DNA of 64,000 nt from the human T2T-CHM13v2.0 reference genome, Homo sapiens (GCF_009914755.1 NC_060926.1), one strand, 5' to 3'; positions 27,490-40,730 are shown, counted from the first letter of the stretch. The notes: generated by a model from the sequence alone, not told the origin. Numbers and translations are program-made.

Positions 27490-28045
27490 TATATGTGCAC
27501 ATATGTAAAATTTATACATATTACTTATATAGTATATGTAAGTATGTAGTACTATATGTAGTATGTAGTATATGTAAGTATGTAGTACTATATTTTATAC
27601 ATATTACAATATAAGTAATATGTATAAAAAAAAGAAATACACATAATATATATGGCATATACATATAAGTATATACATATGACTTATATAGTATATATAA
27701 GTATATAGTACTATATACTATATTTTATACATGTTATTATATGTCTTATGTATAAAAAGGAAAAGAAATACACACATTATATATACATGCCTATTATATA
27801 TATGCTATATATGCCACATATATATAATGTGTATATTTCTTTTCCTTTTCTTCTGAAAATGTCCAGATTGCCTATATATATTATATAAGTATATATACTT
27901 ATGTATACTTATATAGCATATATTAATATATAGGCATGTTATATATATATAGGCATATATATACACACGCACACATATATAGTTTCTGTGTGTGTGTGTG
28001 TATTTCTTTTCCTTTTCTTTTCTCCTAAAAAAGTCCAGATTGTCT
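27490..28045. repeat. AT-rich low-complexity tract with internal direct and inverted duplications
   Basis: TA/TATG-rich; repeated TATTTCTTTTCCTTTTC...GTCCAGATTG and inverted AAAAGGAAAAGAAATA copies. Confidence 0.9.
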
Positions 28046-29279
28046 CCTTTGGTGGTTTAGCCAAATCAAAGGGGAGAGATTATAGCATATTAAACAGTTC
28101 TAAAATGTGTCTCTATTTCCCATAATTTTTGGGCCTACTTAAGTTTCTGTAGTACAGTGCCTTCTCCTTTTGCTTGCAGTGTTGGTGAGGAGATTCCATT
28201 TCTAGCCTCTCTTCTTTTGTATCGAGCTTTCTATTGTATGAATGTTTCATTCTCTTCCTCAGCATGACTCACATAAAGAGCTTTTCCCTACCTAATATGT
28301 TAACTGAAGGTGGAAGTTGGACTTGATAAATTATGAAAGCATCAAGTGTTGGATTTCTGAACTTGTTTTTACTGAGAAATGGGATTTTCAAACTTTAATG
28401 AAATGTTTTCTATCTTAAGCTCCTGGGATTTTTACTATTTAGCTTTTGAGATTGGATGAGGATATGTGATTTTTATTTGCCAATGAAAGATTAATTTTTT
28501 TTTGCTAAGAGGTTGATTTCATTCTGCCTTCTGAACATATTTTACTTCTTAGCTCCTGTAGGAATTTGAAAACTGGATAGCATTCCATCTCATGGTGAGT
28601 TGGCAAGGATCCCTTCACTTGATATGGAGATATTCTAGCAGTGAAAGCATAGTGTTTTAATTCATACCCCCTAAGCTGAAATTTTCTGCTTACTCCTCAG
28701 AGTAACCTTTTCAAAGCTCATATAAATAGGGGCAAACTGATTATTAAAAAGCATTAATTATACTTTTAATTAGATGATTCAATCACATATAAAGCTATTC
28801 CAGGCTCCCTTTTGGGTGACTGTATAACCTACTTCTGCCTTCTCTGGGAACTACTCATTGCAGTTTCATTTGTATCATGAAATATTGTCGACCTGACCGT
28901 GACTTACTGATTAAGTTGGATTTCTGTTGGACTTCAAAATAACCTTTAATAACTTACTCATATTTTTTTTTAGGAAGTGCAAAATTTCACTGTTTTAAAC
29001 ATTCAGGTCTTTGTTTGCTCTTGTGTATTTTTAAAATTCATTTCGAGTATATACAATTCAATGATCAGATAATGTTAAATTAATAGAAAGTAGGTAAAGA
29101 TAATTTACAGGTAGATAGTTTCTGAATGTTTAAGATGATTATGCACAAGTGCAAATGGTATGAGTAAAGGCTAAAATACGTTTCATCATTGGAGACCATG
29201 TGTTGACCTCAGCAATGGGCAATGAATTTTTTCACCTTTTTCAGAATGTCAACAGTTCTCCTTGGACAATAGTAAAGAA

Positions 29280-29550
29280 GAGGCAATTTGCATAGTGGTC
29301 AAATCTGTAGGCTGTGAAGCTGGACTGAATTCTATCACTAGTTCTGTCACACACTATCTGTGTGCCATTGCACAAGTTGTTTACATATTCCATAATTCCC
29401 TTTCTCTAAAATGTCTATAGTAGCAGTGTTTTATTTCTGAAGATTCTTATGAAATTCAACATTCAAACATTAAACATTCAAAGTGCTTAAAATAATACAG
29501 TACTGGACACATAGGAAGCATTTAATAAGTTATTATTACTATTATTATCA
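29280..29550 (+). mobile_element. MIR SINE, near full length
   Basis: GCATAGTGGTCAAATCTGTAGGCT...CTATCTGTGTGCCATTGCACAAGTT...AAAGTGCTTAAAATA...CACATAGGAAGCATTTAATAAG. Confidence 0.75.
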
Positions 29551-30559
29551 TTATGAATGCAGAAAAAATCTAGCCTAGATTTTCCCAATTATTTTTCTTA
29601 CTAAAAATGTTTAGAATTTGGATACAATATATACATATGCCTCATATAGGCTATGGAGTTTTACAGCGGTATTCTAACATATATTCATGAGGGAACGTGT
29701 GTTTTATTCAGAACTGTCTCATGATAACAATTTGGGTTTCATTTCCATCAGGCTAATTTCATCATTTTCATAAATGTGCCAGGCCTACATGGAACTCACA
29801 AATTATATTCTCATAAACCATAAAAAGGCTCCTGATCCTTGTGCCAAGACCTTCATGCAAGAAAGGGCAAAGCAACACTTTAAAAGAATTTAGCACCATT
29901 ACAGAGCTACTTAGAAGTACAGCAAGTAATATTTGGCTGCAAACCATCATCTCTGTTAGGAAGCTTGGAAGCAGAATATCACCGTGTCCCACAAAGTGTT
30001 ATAGCACATATGGTAACTGTTCTTTATGAAGGCTCCTGAGAGGTGATCTGTGTTTGGGTCAAGATAAGTTTGGCTCTGCCTTCTCTACTCTGCTCTGGCA
30101 AAACAGCCCCCATTATTGTAAAATGATTTTATTCTGGGAAAAAGATATCCCAATACAGCTGTAGTGGAGAGACATAAAAGGCATTTTATCCATTTATGTT
30201 TTTATTGATTTTATTTTAACCCTCACTGCATTTCGTAGATATGCATATCACGTATTTTCACCTCTAACAGCCTTAGGATGTGATAGTTTATTTTTTAGAG
30301 TTCATGCTTATCTTTATTTTTCCCTTTAGATCTAGGAGATAGCTATGCACTTTTTGAGCTTTTGGCTGGAAGAGGAGTTTCCAAGTTATTTGTCCTTGAG
30401 GATAACCTGGAGGGTGAGGTAGGATTGCCAAGTGTTACAGAGTGATGATAAAGTACCAGTGTAGTCCACAAACTAAAATCAATACAAAATCTAAGTCTTT
30501 CCTGAGAAAGTGTGGGTCTCCCTCTGGGTAGTGCCCTGAGAGATTCTGTAACTCTTTTC

Positions 30560-31600
30560 TTTCACAAACTTTTATTAAAACACTATTATGTTATCTGGTG
30601 TGAGAGATGCATGGGTGAATAATGCATCCTTTTTCAGAGCATTCATGATTTAAGAAGAGATCTAGAGTCACAAACCTAAATTATAATATGATGCAGAACA
30701 TGTGATTTGAATGCAAGACAAAGAGAGATGAATTCTGCCTGGGAGGTGAAATTGTTGCTGAGGAGAGGTTTTCAGAGAAGCTACTGAGCTAGGTGTTGAA
30801 AATAAGTAATTATTTTCTAGGCTAAAGAATGGAGCTGTTTTCCAGAACAACTAAAACTGAGGAAGAAACATACCTAACTGCATGGAGTCAAGAGGAAACA
30901 TGGCATGCTTGTGACAACAGTGAGACATTCAAAGTGGTCAGAATCTAGAAACGTGTGAAAGAAGAGTAGTAGAAGAAAATCAGCTTAGAGAGGTGGAATG
31001 GGTTCTGGTTATGAACAGCTGTGGAAGACATACTGAGCAATATGATTATCCTGTAGGCAAAAAGAGTGAATAACGTTTTGATTTAGAAAGATTACTATGG
31101 CAATTGTGTCTGAAGGGTAGACAGAAGGGGAAAAAATCACGGCTGTGTGTTCAAACAACAGGTGATTGCAACACTCCATGTGATTGATGACAAAGATCTT
31201 GGCATATACAGTTACATAATACAAGGCAGAGAGGAAATAAATTCAGAAATATTTTTGGAAGTATAAAAGACAATTATGCATCACTGATTGGATAACGCTG
31301 GAAATGAAAGTGGAGAATTAAACTTTCAAGTTTGAAGCTGGGTGAATGACAAGAAATGAGAATATAGGTGGACAAAGAGATAATACTAACATAGATGAGA
31401 ATTTCAATATTGGACTGCTAATTTTGAGAAGCTGTTGATTCAGGAGGACATGGCATTTGGAAATAAGAATTTGGTGCTCAGTAGTGACGTCTGACATGGA
31501 TATGTCAACACAAAGAGGGTCATTAGAGTGGGGGGAAGATATGACATCAACCGAGGAGGTACTTAGATCAAGAGCAAAATAATGACCGTGAACAGAATGA
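30560..31600 (-). mobile_element. L2 LINE 3' region
   Basis: TTCACAAACTTTTATTAAAACACTATTATG...; TTAGAAAGATTACTATGGCAATTGTGT; GATGAGAATTTCAATATTGGAC are antisense L2-like blocks. Confidence 0.65.
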
Positions 31601-31644
31601 TCCGATCTAATCATATGATTAGAAAGAAATGCAGAGAATGGTTT

Positions 31645-32200
31645 TCTTAAATGACGTGCTTTTGTATACAATGAACAAAAATACTGATTTAACCTGGCTT
31701 AATCAGGAGAGGAATTAATTATCTATAATGGGAGAATGTCCTTACCTAAACTTCCCAATTTTTGTCACAATGATTTTTCAACTTTAAACTCTTTCCTAGC
31801 CTGGCTTCCCTTATCAGTATAAAATGGCTGCCAGAAGCAATTGGGATTGTATGCATGAGAAGAGAGAGACACAGAAACACTCCCATAGCCATGAAAATAA
31901 AATCTTCCCTTCGGATGGATAGGACCAATTAAACCATCCAGTCATCCTTGGTCAAATAACAATCACTAGGGAAAGGCCATTTCAGCTCATTGACAGGTAG
32001 TAGAGGATTAACGTAATTGGGAATAATTAGGACCTACTGAAAATAACGTACAGTAGAGGTGAAAATGCTGTGAACTTTTCTTGAGTCACATAGGACGGAT
32101 GAACTGGGAGGGGTAGATTCCTAGATAAAATGTTGATTATATTAGAAAGGAGTAATAAAGGCAGTGGTTTCTAGATAAGCAATCAACAGTCTCTACCATA
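31645..32200 (-). mobile_element. MaLR solo LTR, old MLT1 (K/L-like)
   Basis: AACCTGGCTTAATCAGGAGAGGAATT; AAAATGGCTGCCAGAAGCAA; ends GATAAGCAATCAACAGTCTCTACCATA. Confidence 0.55.
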
Positions 32201-32399
32201 TTGGTATTGTAATAGAATGTGCATTTTATGCTTACCAACAATTACTAAAGTGCAGTCGTGTTGGTGTGCACTCTATATAGGAATTTTTTAAGGGATTAAA
32301 AAATTTTTAGGGCAGAAAGGAAACAGGACTGTATGTGGGACAATAACACCATGACACCACATTCGTTTTCTGAGAGCAAGACCTCAAGCACTATTTGTA

Positions 32400-32595
32400 G
32401 ATAATATCTCACATTTGTTAAGTGCTGTCTCAGTCCTAGATATTTTGCAAAGTTCTTTACATGGGTTATCATAGTTAATCCTTTTAACACTATGATGCAA
32501 CAGGTACTCAACTTTCCATAGGACCATATCGCCAGCATATGATAAAATCAAGATTCGAACTCAGTCCAGATCAAAGAATTAGGGTCTATTCTTAT
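32400..32595 (-). mobile_element. MIR fragment
   Basis: CACATTTGTTAAGTGCT...TTTACATGGGTTATCATAGTTAATCCT...AAGATTCGAACTCAG. Confidence 0.65.
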
Positions 32596-33330
32596 TTCTG
32601 ACATTCCTGTCATCATGTTCCACCACGAATCACCACCAACAAATGAAACAGGGGTTTAAAAACTATGTGAGTTATTGGGTACCCCAACAAATGGGTTGAA
32701 GTTTAAGATGGTTTGGGCAGAACCCCAGCTGACAAAAGGAGCAGCAGCCAACATGGCTGAGGTTAAGGGAAGGACACTGTGTGACCCGCAGAGAGATTTC
32801 CAGGGTTTAGCCCCATATTTGAGGCCAGATAAGACTAACGTCAAACCCGCCTGCTGAGGGGTGGAAGTTCCAGTCTGAGCTTGGATTGGCTCAAGGACTT
32901 GGAGAGAACTTTCGTGTAAAGAACATAAATATGTATGTATGTATGATTGCAAAGATCTAGGGAAGATGAGTTTTGATAATGCACTCAGTCACCAGTTGCT
33001 AAGTCACCAGTTGCACCAACACTGACTAATTGACCGACACTCAGTCACCAGTTGCACCAACACTGACTAATTGCCAGCCACCAGCCTCTATCCTCCCCTA
33101 TAGAGGAGTTTACCAATAACCTCACCAACAGGTTAAAAACCACGCCAGTTCCCAAATCAAACCTTTTAGCACACGAACTTTTTCTCAGCCTCTTAACTTC
33201 CTTACTTCAAGTAAGATGAGCCCTTTTTCAATCCCATAGTAAGGAATTTTTTTTTTTTTTCATGTAATTCTGACTTGTAACTTAATATACTAATGCTATC
33301 CACTGAGTCCTCTATTGTTACCTGAGTTGC

Positions 33331-33415
33331 AAATTCAGGCTGGGAACATGAAGGAGGGGCCAAGATAGGCTCCTCTGGCATCCTTGTCCCTCCTTCATGT
33401 TCCCAGCCTGAATTT
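33331..33415. repeat. Perfect 28-bp inverted repeat with 29-nt spacer
   Basis: AAATTCAGGCTGGGAACATGAAGGAGGG (33331-33358) is the exact reverse complement of CCCTCCTTCATGTTCCCAGCCTGAATTT (33388-33415). Confidence 0.97.
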
Positions 33416-33551
33416 TTCTATATCCTCTAGTCCATGGTTCAGACCTTATTTTGAGATTCTGTTTCAAAAACTTCTAGTGTTCCTCAAACTCCTTTAAGAA
33501 CTAGACTTCTTCTGGCCCTCTCCCTAGGAACTTGAATCCTGATTCCCACCA

Positions 33552-33852
33552 CAGTCATGTGTTGCTTAGCAACAGAGATACATTCTGAGAGATGTCTTTA
33601 GGCAATTTTGTTGTGTGAACACCATAAAGTGTACTTACACAAACCAAGATGGTGTAGCCTACTACATACCTAGGCTATATGGTAAAGTATCTTGCTCCTA
33701 AGCTACAGATCTGTACAGCATGTTTCTGTACTATATAGCAATTGTAACATAATGGTAAGTATTTGTGTATCTAAACATAGAAAATGTACAGTAAAAATAC
33801 AATATTATAATCTTATAGTACCACTGCATAGGTGATCCATCATTGACAGAAA
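33552..33852. mobile_element. Tigger3a (MER7-type) TcMar-Tigger MITE, one end truncated
   Basis: CAGTCATGTGTTGCTTAGCAAC...GTGTACTTACACAAACCAAGATGGTGTAGCCTACTACATACCTAGGCTATATGG...GGTAAGTATTTGTGTATCTAAAC. Confidence 0.88.
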
Positions 33853-36679
33853 GATAGTATTTCAATTTGCCCCAGGTCTGAATAGTGAGTGGAGGCTTCC
33901 AAACAGCTCACCTGCTATGTTGAATATTCATTACCCTTCAGGCCCCTTCTAAGTACCCATGTTATCTCAGTGGGCAATTCTAAGGCTAAGCCTAGGCTCT
34001 TCTCTGTACCTGAGATATCTGACAACAAATAAACTACTCTGCATCACAGATGAACGCTAAGAGAAAGCACATGTCATTGTCAACCCCACTGCCTCTGTAG
34101 CCATAAATAAATTTTCAGAGTTCTATGATCCAAAAATGTGTCTATATCACTGATTTTAAAGAATACATATTATCTGACATATACTAGTGGCTTAATATTT
34201 TATTTATTTTTTGCATAGAATTGAATTGATTTTTAAGTCAAAGGCAGGAAATACATAAAAATAACTTTGAGGAGAAATTTGTATATTACTTGGACTCAAT
34301 CTATTAGTTAATTTTACTTTATGTAGTTGAAAGCGGAATAATTATGCAATTTTTAGAGCTAACACAAAATTCAGCCTAGCTAGTACTATTGAAGAATCAC
34401 GACTATTCATATCTAGCAGCTAGCAAATGTTAAAAAAAACAAAGCAAGTTAAAAACTCTAGACGCCATCTATAAAGAAAAAGATACATTTTCCAAACCAC
34501 CTTAGCAAATCTGAATTTATGTCACTAACTTGGTTACAGATGAATCTATATTGCCTCTGGCTTGACAGGACCTCAGACTGCAATAACTTTGGTTCTTCTG
34601 GGATTCTGAGGCTGTCAGGAGGCCAATATTTGTGAAACATTTTAGAGAAATTATGTTTATATCAAATAGGGACATTGTTCATACTATTGATTGTGCTTGA
34701 TTTATGTTTTGTCTTTTAAGCCAGGTAAATGTCGGAAACTACTCTTTTTAATAATTTTCTTCTCCCTGGTCCACCTTATATACAGGATGGTTCAAAAAGA
34801 ATCAAATGCTTTAAAACACGTATTACTCAGTAAGTTGGTCATATATAAGCATGGAGTAAAAAACAATTTGAAAAGAACTAACACAGGTATTGTTATACAT
34901 GTTCAATATTTGGTCTTCATTGCACGGGGCACACATCAATTTTTGTGGCCTAATCCTATATTCCTTCCTATATCCCTTTTATTACACATTGTCTTTTATA
35001 TTGTAATAGAATCCACCCTGTGTGTTTTTTACTCTCTCTAAAGCTTTGAGAAAGAAGTGGTAGAACATTAAGGTTATTAATTTATTCCTCTCATAAAGTC
35101 TTGCGGTTTGCTATCTCAGGATCTGAGTGGCAACTCTCTAAGTACTTATTGCATGCAATTGTATATACATATTTTTATTTTCAGATATATTACTCATCAT
35201 AATTAGAGGTGATTATGTCTTATTACAGTAGAATAAAAGTGAAAATTGTTATATTTCTTGACCACTGTGAGAAGATATTGAACAAATATTTATCTTTCTG
35301 ATTTGGCAGACAGGGTGAATAATTTCTTGAATATTGAAGGTAGGTAATAAAATAAATTAGCTTATTCTAATTGTAAATACGTTACATATAGCAAGAATAA
35401 AGGAAATTGGGAAACTGTAAAAAGTAATAATTTTTGAGATGCTATGAGAAATTAGCACTTTTGTTATCATATGTTGATATACCTAGGAAGTCTTGAAAAT
35501 GACCTTTCTCAATAAGCAGTCCTAATCCAAAAATGCATTGCAAAAGTGAATTATAAAAGTAGCAAGTAAAAAAACTGCGTAATTTTATATAACATAGATC
35601 ATTAATTAGTTTATCACCCACAGACATAAAGTAGATGAAAGACAGTTAGAAGTTAGCAATACAAAGATGACTAGGAGAATCAAATTTGTTATTAAAATGC
35701 AAAAAAAGTATGTACACTTTACCATAATTTATAAGGAAGACTTGATTAATGGCAACCCCTCAAAATTGCTAATTTCATAGAACTGAATGATACACTATAT
35801 TTTTACATCGGTGTTTTGATATAGTAGATAAACACAGGGATTGTTGTGTCAAAACCATAAGAGAAGATGTCTTTGACTCAACTTCAGCTTTACAATGTAA
35901 TCTCTAATTTTTATATATGCTTTACTCTTTATTCGATGTTTTAAAACCATCCAGATTTAGTCTTTGAATGGTCCAATATCTCACGATTGGAAGTCTTAAA
36001 ATTATTTAGCAAATGTTTACAGTCATGTGATAACAAGCATGTAGTTATATTATTGATATTATTGATATCTGTTCAATATTATAATATGGAAACATAAGAT
36101 ACATTTAAAAAATCATAATGCACATATTAAAAGAAAACAACTATAAAGTCAGAATAGTCTCTAAAAGTCAAATGAATGCATTTAGCTTTGCTTCATGCTC
36201 TGTGCAAGTTGCAAATTTTTAAAGGTTTCCACGATATGAAATTCACTATAGCTGTTAGAGAACAGAAGGGAAGAGACACATTAATACTTGGAGCTTGATT
36301 TTAAACACACATGAGGTAATTATTACTAGCCAAAGCCACCAACCTTGGAGGATTTGGAAAATCTAAAATGTTATCTGGAAGATTAGAATAATTGGTTATT
36401 GAAGAGTTATGGTGGAAAATGAAAATATCATTTTAGTACGGTAGAAAGATAGTAATGAGAATGATTACAATTACTGAAATAAAAGCCAATACTATATACT
36501 TGCAGAATTACTTTTTCTGTCATTTCTCGTCTCCTAGGAATAGATTCCAAGTATATGCTGTATATAAGATTGCCTAAAATTATCATGTAAACCAGGACAC
36601 ATCTGATCATGAATGGAAGTGTTATTAACAATTACTACAGACAAACTGGCATGTGTGTTCATCCTAGGTGGCAAAGGTA

Positions 36680-36830
36680 TTTTCAAAGACAGCCTAGGCT
36701 AAAATTCCATTCCAACTGTTACCAGTAGTATAACCTCTCTGGAAATGTTGCTTAGTTTCTATATGCCTCAGTTTTCTCCCCAGTGTAATGGAAATAATAA
36801 CAACACGTTGGGTTGTTGTGTGGAAGTCTG
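36680..36830 (+). mobile_element. MIR fragment
   Basis: TTTCTATATGCCTCAGTTTTCTCCCCAGTGTAATGGAAATAATAA...GGGTTGTTGTG. Confidence 0.6.
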
Positions 36831-36934
36831 GTTGTTGTGTGGAAGTCTCCTAAAATTACCATATTGTTTACTAATTTACTTTGTTTTACTAATTTACTTT
36901 GTTTCATTGCTGCTTTGTGTTCCATTAATAAATA

Positions 36935-37110
36935 CACATAAGTTATTTACCCAATTTAGATTGTTTCCAATATTTTATTGTCATAAACAATGCATCATGT
37001 CATTGCACTTATGTCATTTCACACATGTGAATATAAAGATGTTTGTAATTTCCTAGATATGGCATTGCTGTGTCAAAGGGAATATGCATTAAAGGTGTTT
37101 AATGAACAAA
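36935..37110 (-). mobile_element. Ancient L1 (L1ME-like) fragment
   Basis: ATTTAGATTGTTTCCAATATTTTATTGTCATAAACAATGC...TTCCTAGATATGGCATTGCTGTGTCAAAGGG. Confidence 0.6.
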
Positions 37111-38134
37111 CTCTAAAGTTTGTTCTTTGTTTTTAAATACATAAAGATATACATTTAGTTGTGTCAGAGGTAATCTAGTCAAGGAATCATGTCATGTACA
37201 CATTCAGTTCTGAACGTTTCCTGTTATAAGGATTATTGAATTTTTACATGCAGAGAATTTCATCATGGCTTTAATACTGCATTGCCAACTGATGATGTCT
37301 CATTACATATCTTCCCCAATATTTTTTCTACTTGTTCAACTTTCATTTTAAGCTTTTACTTTAAAGAAGTATCTGATAGAATTTTGTGTTTGAGATGGGG
37401 AACGAGGAATAGAAAAGGAAGGTAAAAGAACATGGAAAATTGGTTATAGTAGAGGAAAGATACTTTTATAACAGTAACTGCCTTTTTAATTCACATCGTT
37501 GAGATGGGGCTCAGAAACAATTCATTTTCTTCATGCTTGGCAGAATCATTTACCTTTATTAAGTGGTTTCTTGAGCCTTGCTCATATCACTCCTAAGATG
37601 GCACACTCATCCCAATGGTGTGCTTTTCATATTAAGTACCAATTTCTAGCAGCTCACAGTAATTGATGCTTGTTAACTATATAAAATGAAGTAAATGAAT
37701 TGAGGCAAAAATCAATATATCACTATTATTGCTCAAGTAAACTTTAAAAAGCTGGGCAGGGAAAGGCCCTGGAAAGATCTGAGTCCAGTCACACATACCT
37801 GGCCTTTATGGTCAGATTCTTTGTTATGGATGTCATGCTTTCAACCCTTGTTTTCAAGCGTTTTAGTGGGCTCTAGCGTAGCCTTTACTCTAAGGCTGGT
37901 TTAAGTCCCAAGGTATGACTCTAATCAAATCTTTACTGGATGTCCCATGTGTCCAACAAGATGTCTTCACTCTGACTGGTGGAAACTCGAATGACTCTTG
38001 ACCTTATGTGAGTTCTTGAAATTATTTGACTTACATTATTTTTCTTTCTCTTGAAGTTCTTTTCTACTCAGGCTTGTAGGCTTTCACTCTATATGTGTGA
38101 AGATTAATATTCATCCATGTACTATAGAACACTC

Positions 38135-39017
<883 letters not shown>

Positions 39018-40077
39018 AATCCAAATGTAGATTTCTGGAGCTCTGTGTCTGACTAGCTATCTCCTTTCTAGTACACTGCCCTGCAAATTTTGGCCACCTC
39101 TGGTGCTCCAACCTCTGTCCCTGCAAAATATCAAGAGTGCCTACTTCTGTTTTTGTTTGACTATTCTGCATCGCAGAAATTGCCACCAGGTCAAAAACTG
39201 AAACAAATAGAAGGTTCATTTATTTGTGTCTCTTCCTGCAAGGATCACAGTTTTGTGCTGTGTGTTGCTCGGTGTTTTAAAATAGTTGTTTATGTATTTT
39301 CCTCACTTTTTTGTTTATGTCTAGCTCTGTTATTCCATCATGTCAATAAGCAGAACTTATCTTCATTTTTGAAAACTACATTCTCTGAGTACCAGTTTCT
39401 AGGTTGCAAGTTCTTCCCTTTCAGTGCTTTGAAGAAAGTCTATAATATTCTAGCTTCCATTTTATCTGCTGACAACATGGCTGTTACTTTTGTGGTTGCC
39501 TCTTTGAAGACAGTGTCTCTCTTTCTACATACAATTCTTTTTAAGATTCTCCCCTTGGCATTTATGTTCAGTTATTTTGCTATGCTATTAATGTGATTTT
39601 CTTTTTATTTATTGTGCTTGTGGTTTGTATTGCTTCTTAAGTCTGTGGCTTCATGTTTTTCACCAGTTTGAGAAAATTATTAGGCATTATCACTTCATCT
39701 ATTTCTCCAGCATTGCGTTTTATCTCCTTTCTGGGACTTCAATTGCACTTATGTTAGACATTTTCACTTACTCTCATACTTTATTGTTATTATTATTTCG
39801 GTATTCCTCATCCTTTTGTCACTTTGGGCATCATTATGGGTATTTTCTTCTGCTCTGTATCTTAGTTTAATAAATCTCTTTACAGCCATTGGAGTTCACT
39901 GTTAAACCAGTATTTTTGAGTGAGATCTTAATTTCAGTTAATGTGTTTTTTTTGGTTATGCACTTTGCATTTGGTTATGTTTTATGGTTCAGCTTCTTCC
40001 AGACATCTAAATCTTATATTTTATTTCCTTGAGAACATTAAGTAAAGTTATGGTGACTCCATTATATGTCTTCCTTC

Positions 40078-40552
40078 TGTGACAAGTGCTATTAATATCC
40101 TGCCCATATCCCCTAGGCATTTATCTCTAAATATCCAAACACTCTTCAAACATCTCTTCCTCCCAGCCTTTTCCCCTTTGTTTTGCCAGTTGGAGTATGC
40201 TTGGTTTATGCACAGTGCGAGCTGCAAACATTGAAGAGGGAATGCCTGTAGAAGTAGCCCTCATCCAGTGATTTTTGGGAAGCTGATGGACAAATACAAC
40301 AGCTTTCTCATTCCTTGGTTGGGATAACTCTGAGACATGTTTTAAAATGTCTCCTTAAGTTTCCCAGAGAGATTGAACTCCAGTTATCCTTAGAGAGAAT
40401 TGGTTCAGTAATGCATCTGGCATGAGTTTTCTTTTTTCTCTCTTTCTTACCTTTTCACTACTCTAGAAAGTTTTCTAGGAACAGGTACGTACTCTCAAAA
40501 ATATTTGTGCTTGATGCCCGTTCTCAGGATCTGGTTCTGAGGGAAACCCATA
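40078..40552 (+). mobile_element. ERVL solo LTR, LTR16 family
   Basis: GTAGCCCTCATCCAGTGA...GGTTGGGATAACTCTGAGACATGTT...GATTGAACTCCAGTT...CTCAGGATCTGGTTCTGAGGGAAACCCA. Confidence 0.8.
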
Positions 40553-40730
40553 TCACTTTGCTTCGTCTTCCTTTGTACTTTGCTAATTTTGATTGAGAGT
40601 TAAACATTATATATTAAAAAAATACAAGAAAAAAAACTGAGGTTGTGAATGATGTTATCTTCCTTTAAAGATGTTTATCTTCCTTTAAAGTTGATTAAAG
40701 TTATTTGCTGGCGAGGAAACTTGTCTAAAG

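Noticed and set aside
32982-33073. CRISPR-like repeat-spacer array
   Set aside because: Only 2-3 overlapping copies with 3-5 nt linkers, no unique spacers, no cas genes, primate context
39090-39596. Longest ORF (168 aa, hydrophobic)
   Set aside because: Antisense to a decayed L1-like element; the T-rich strand yields stop-poor hydrophobic frames
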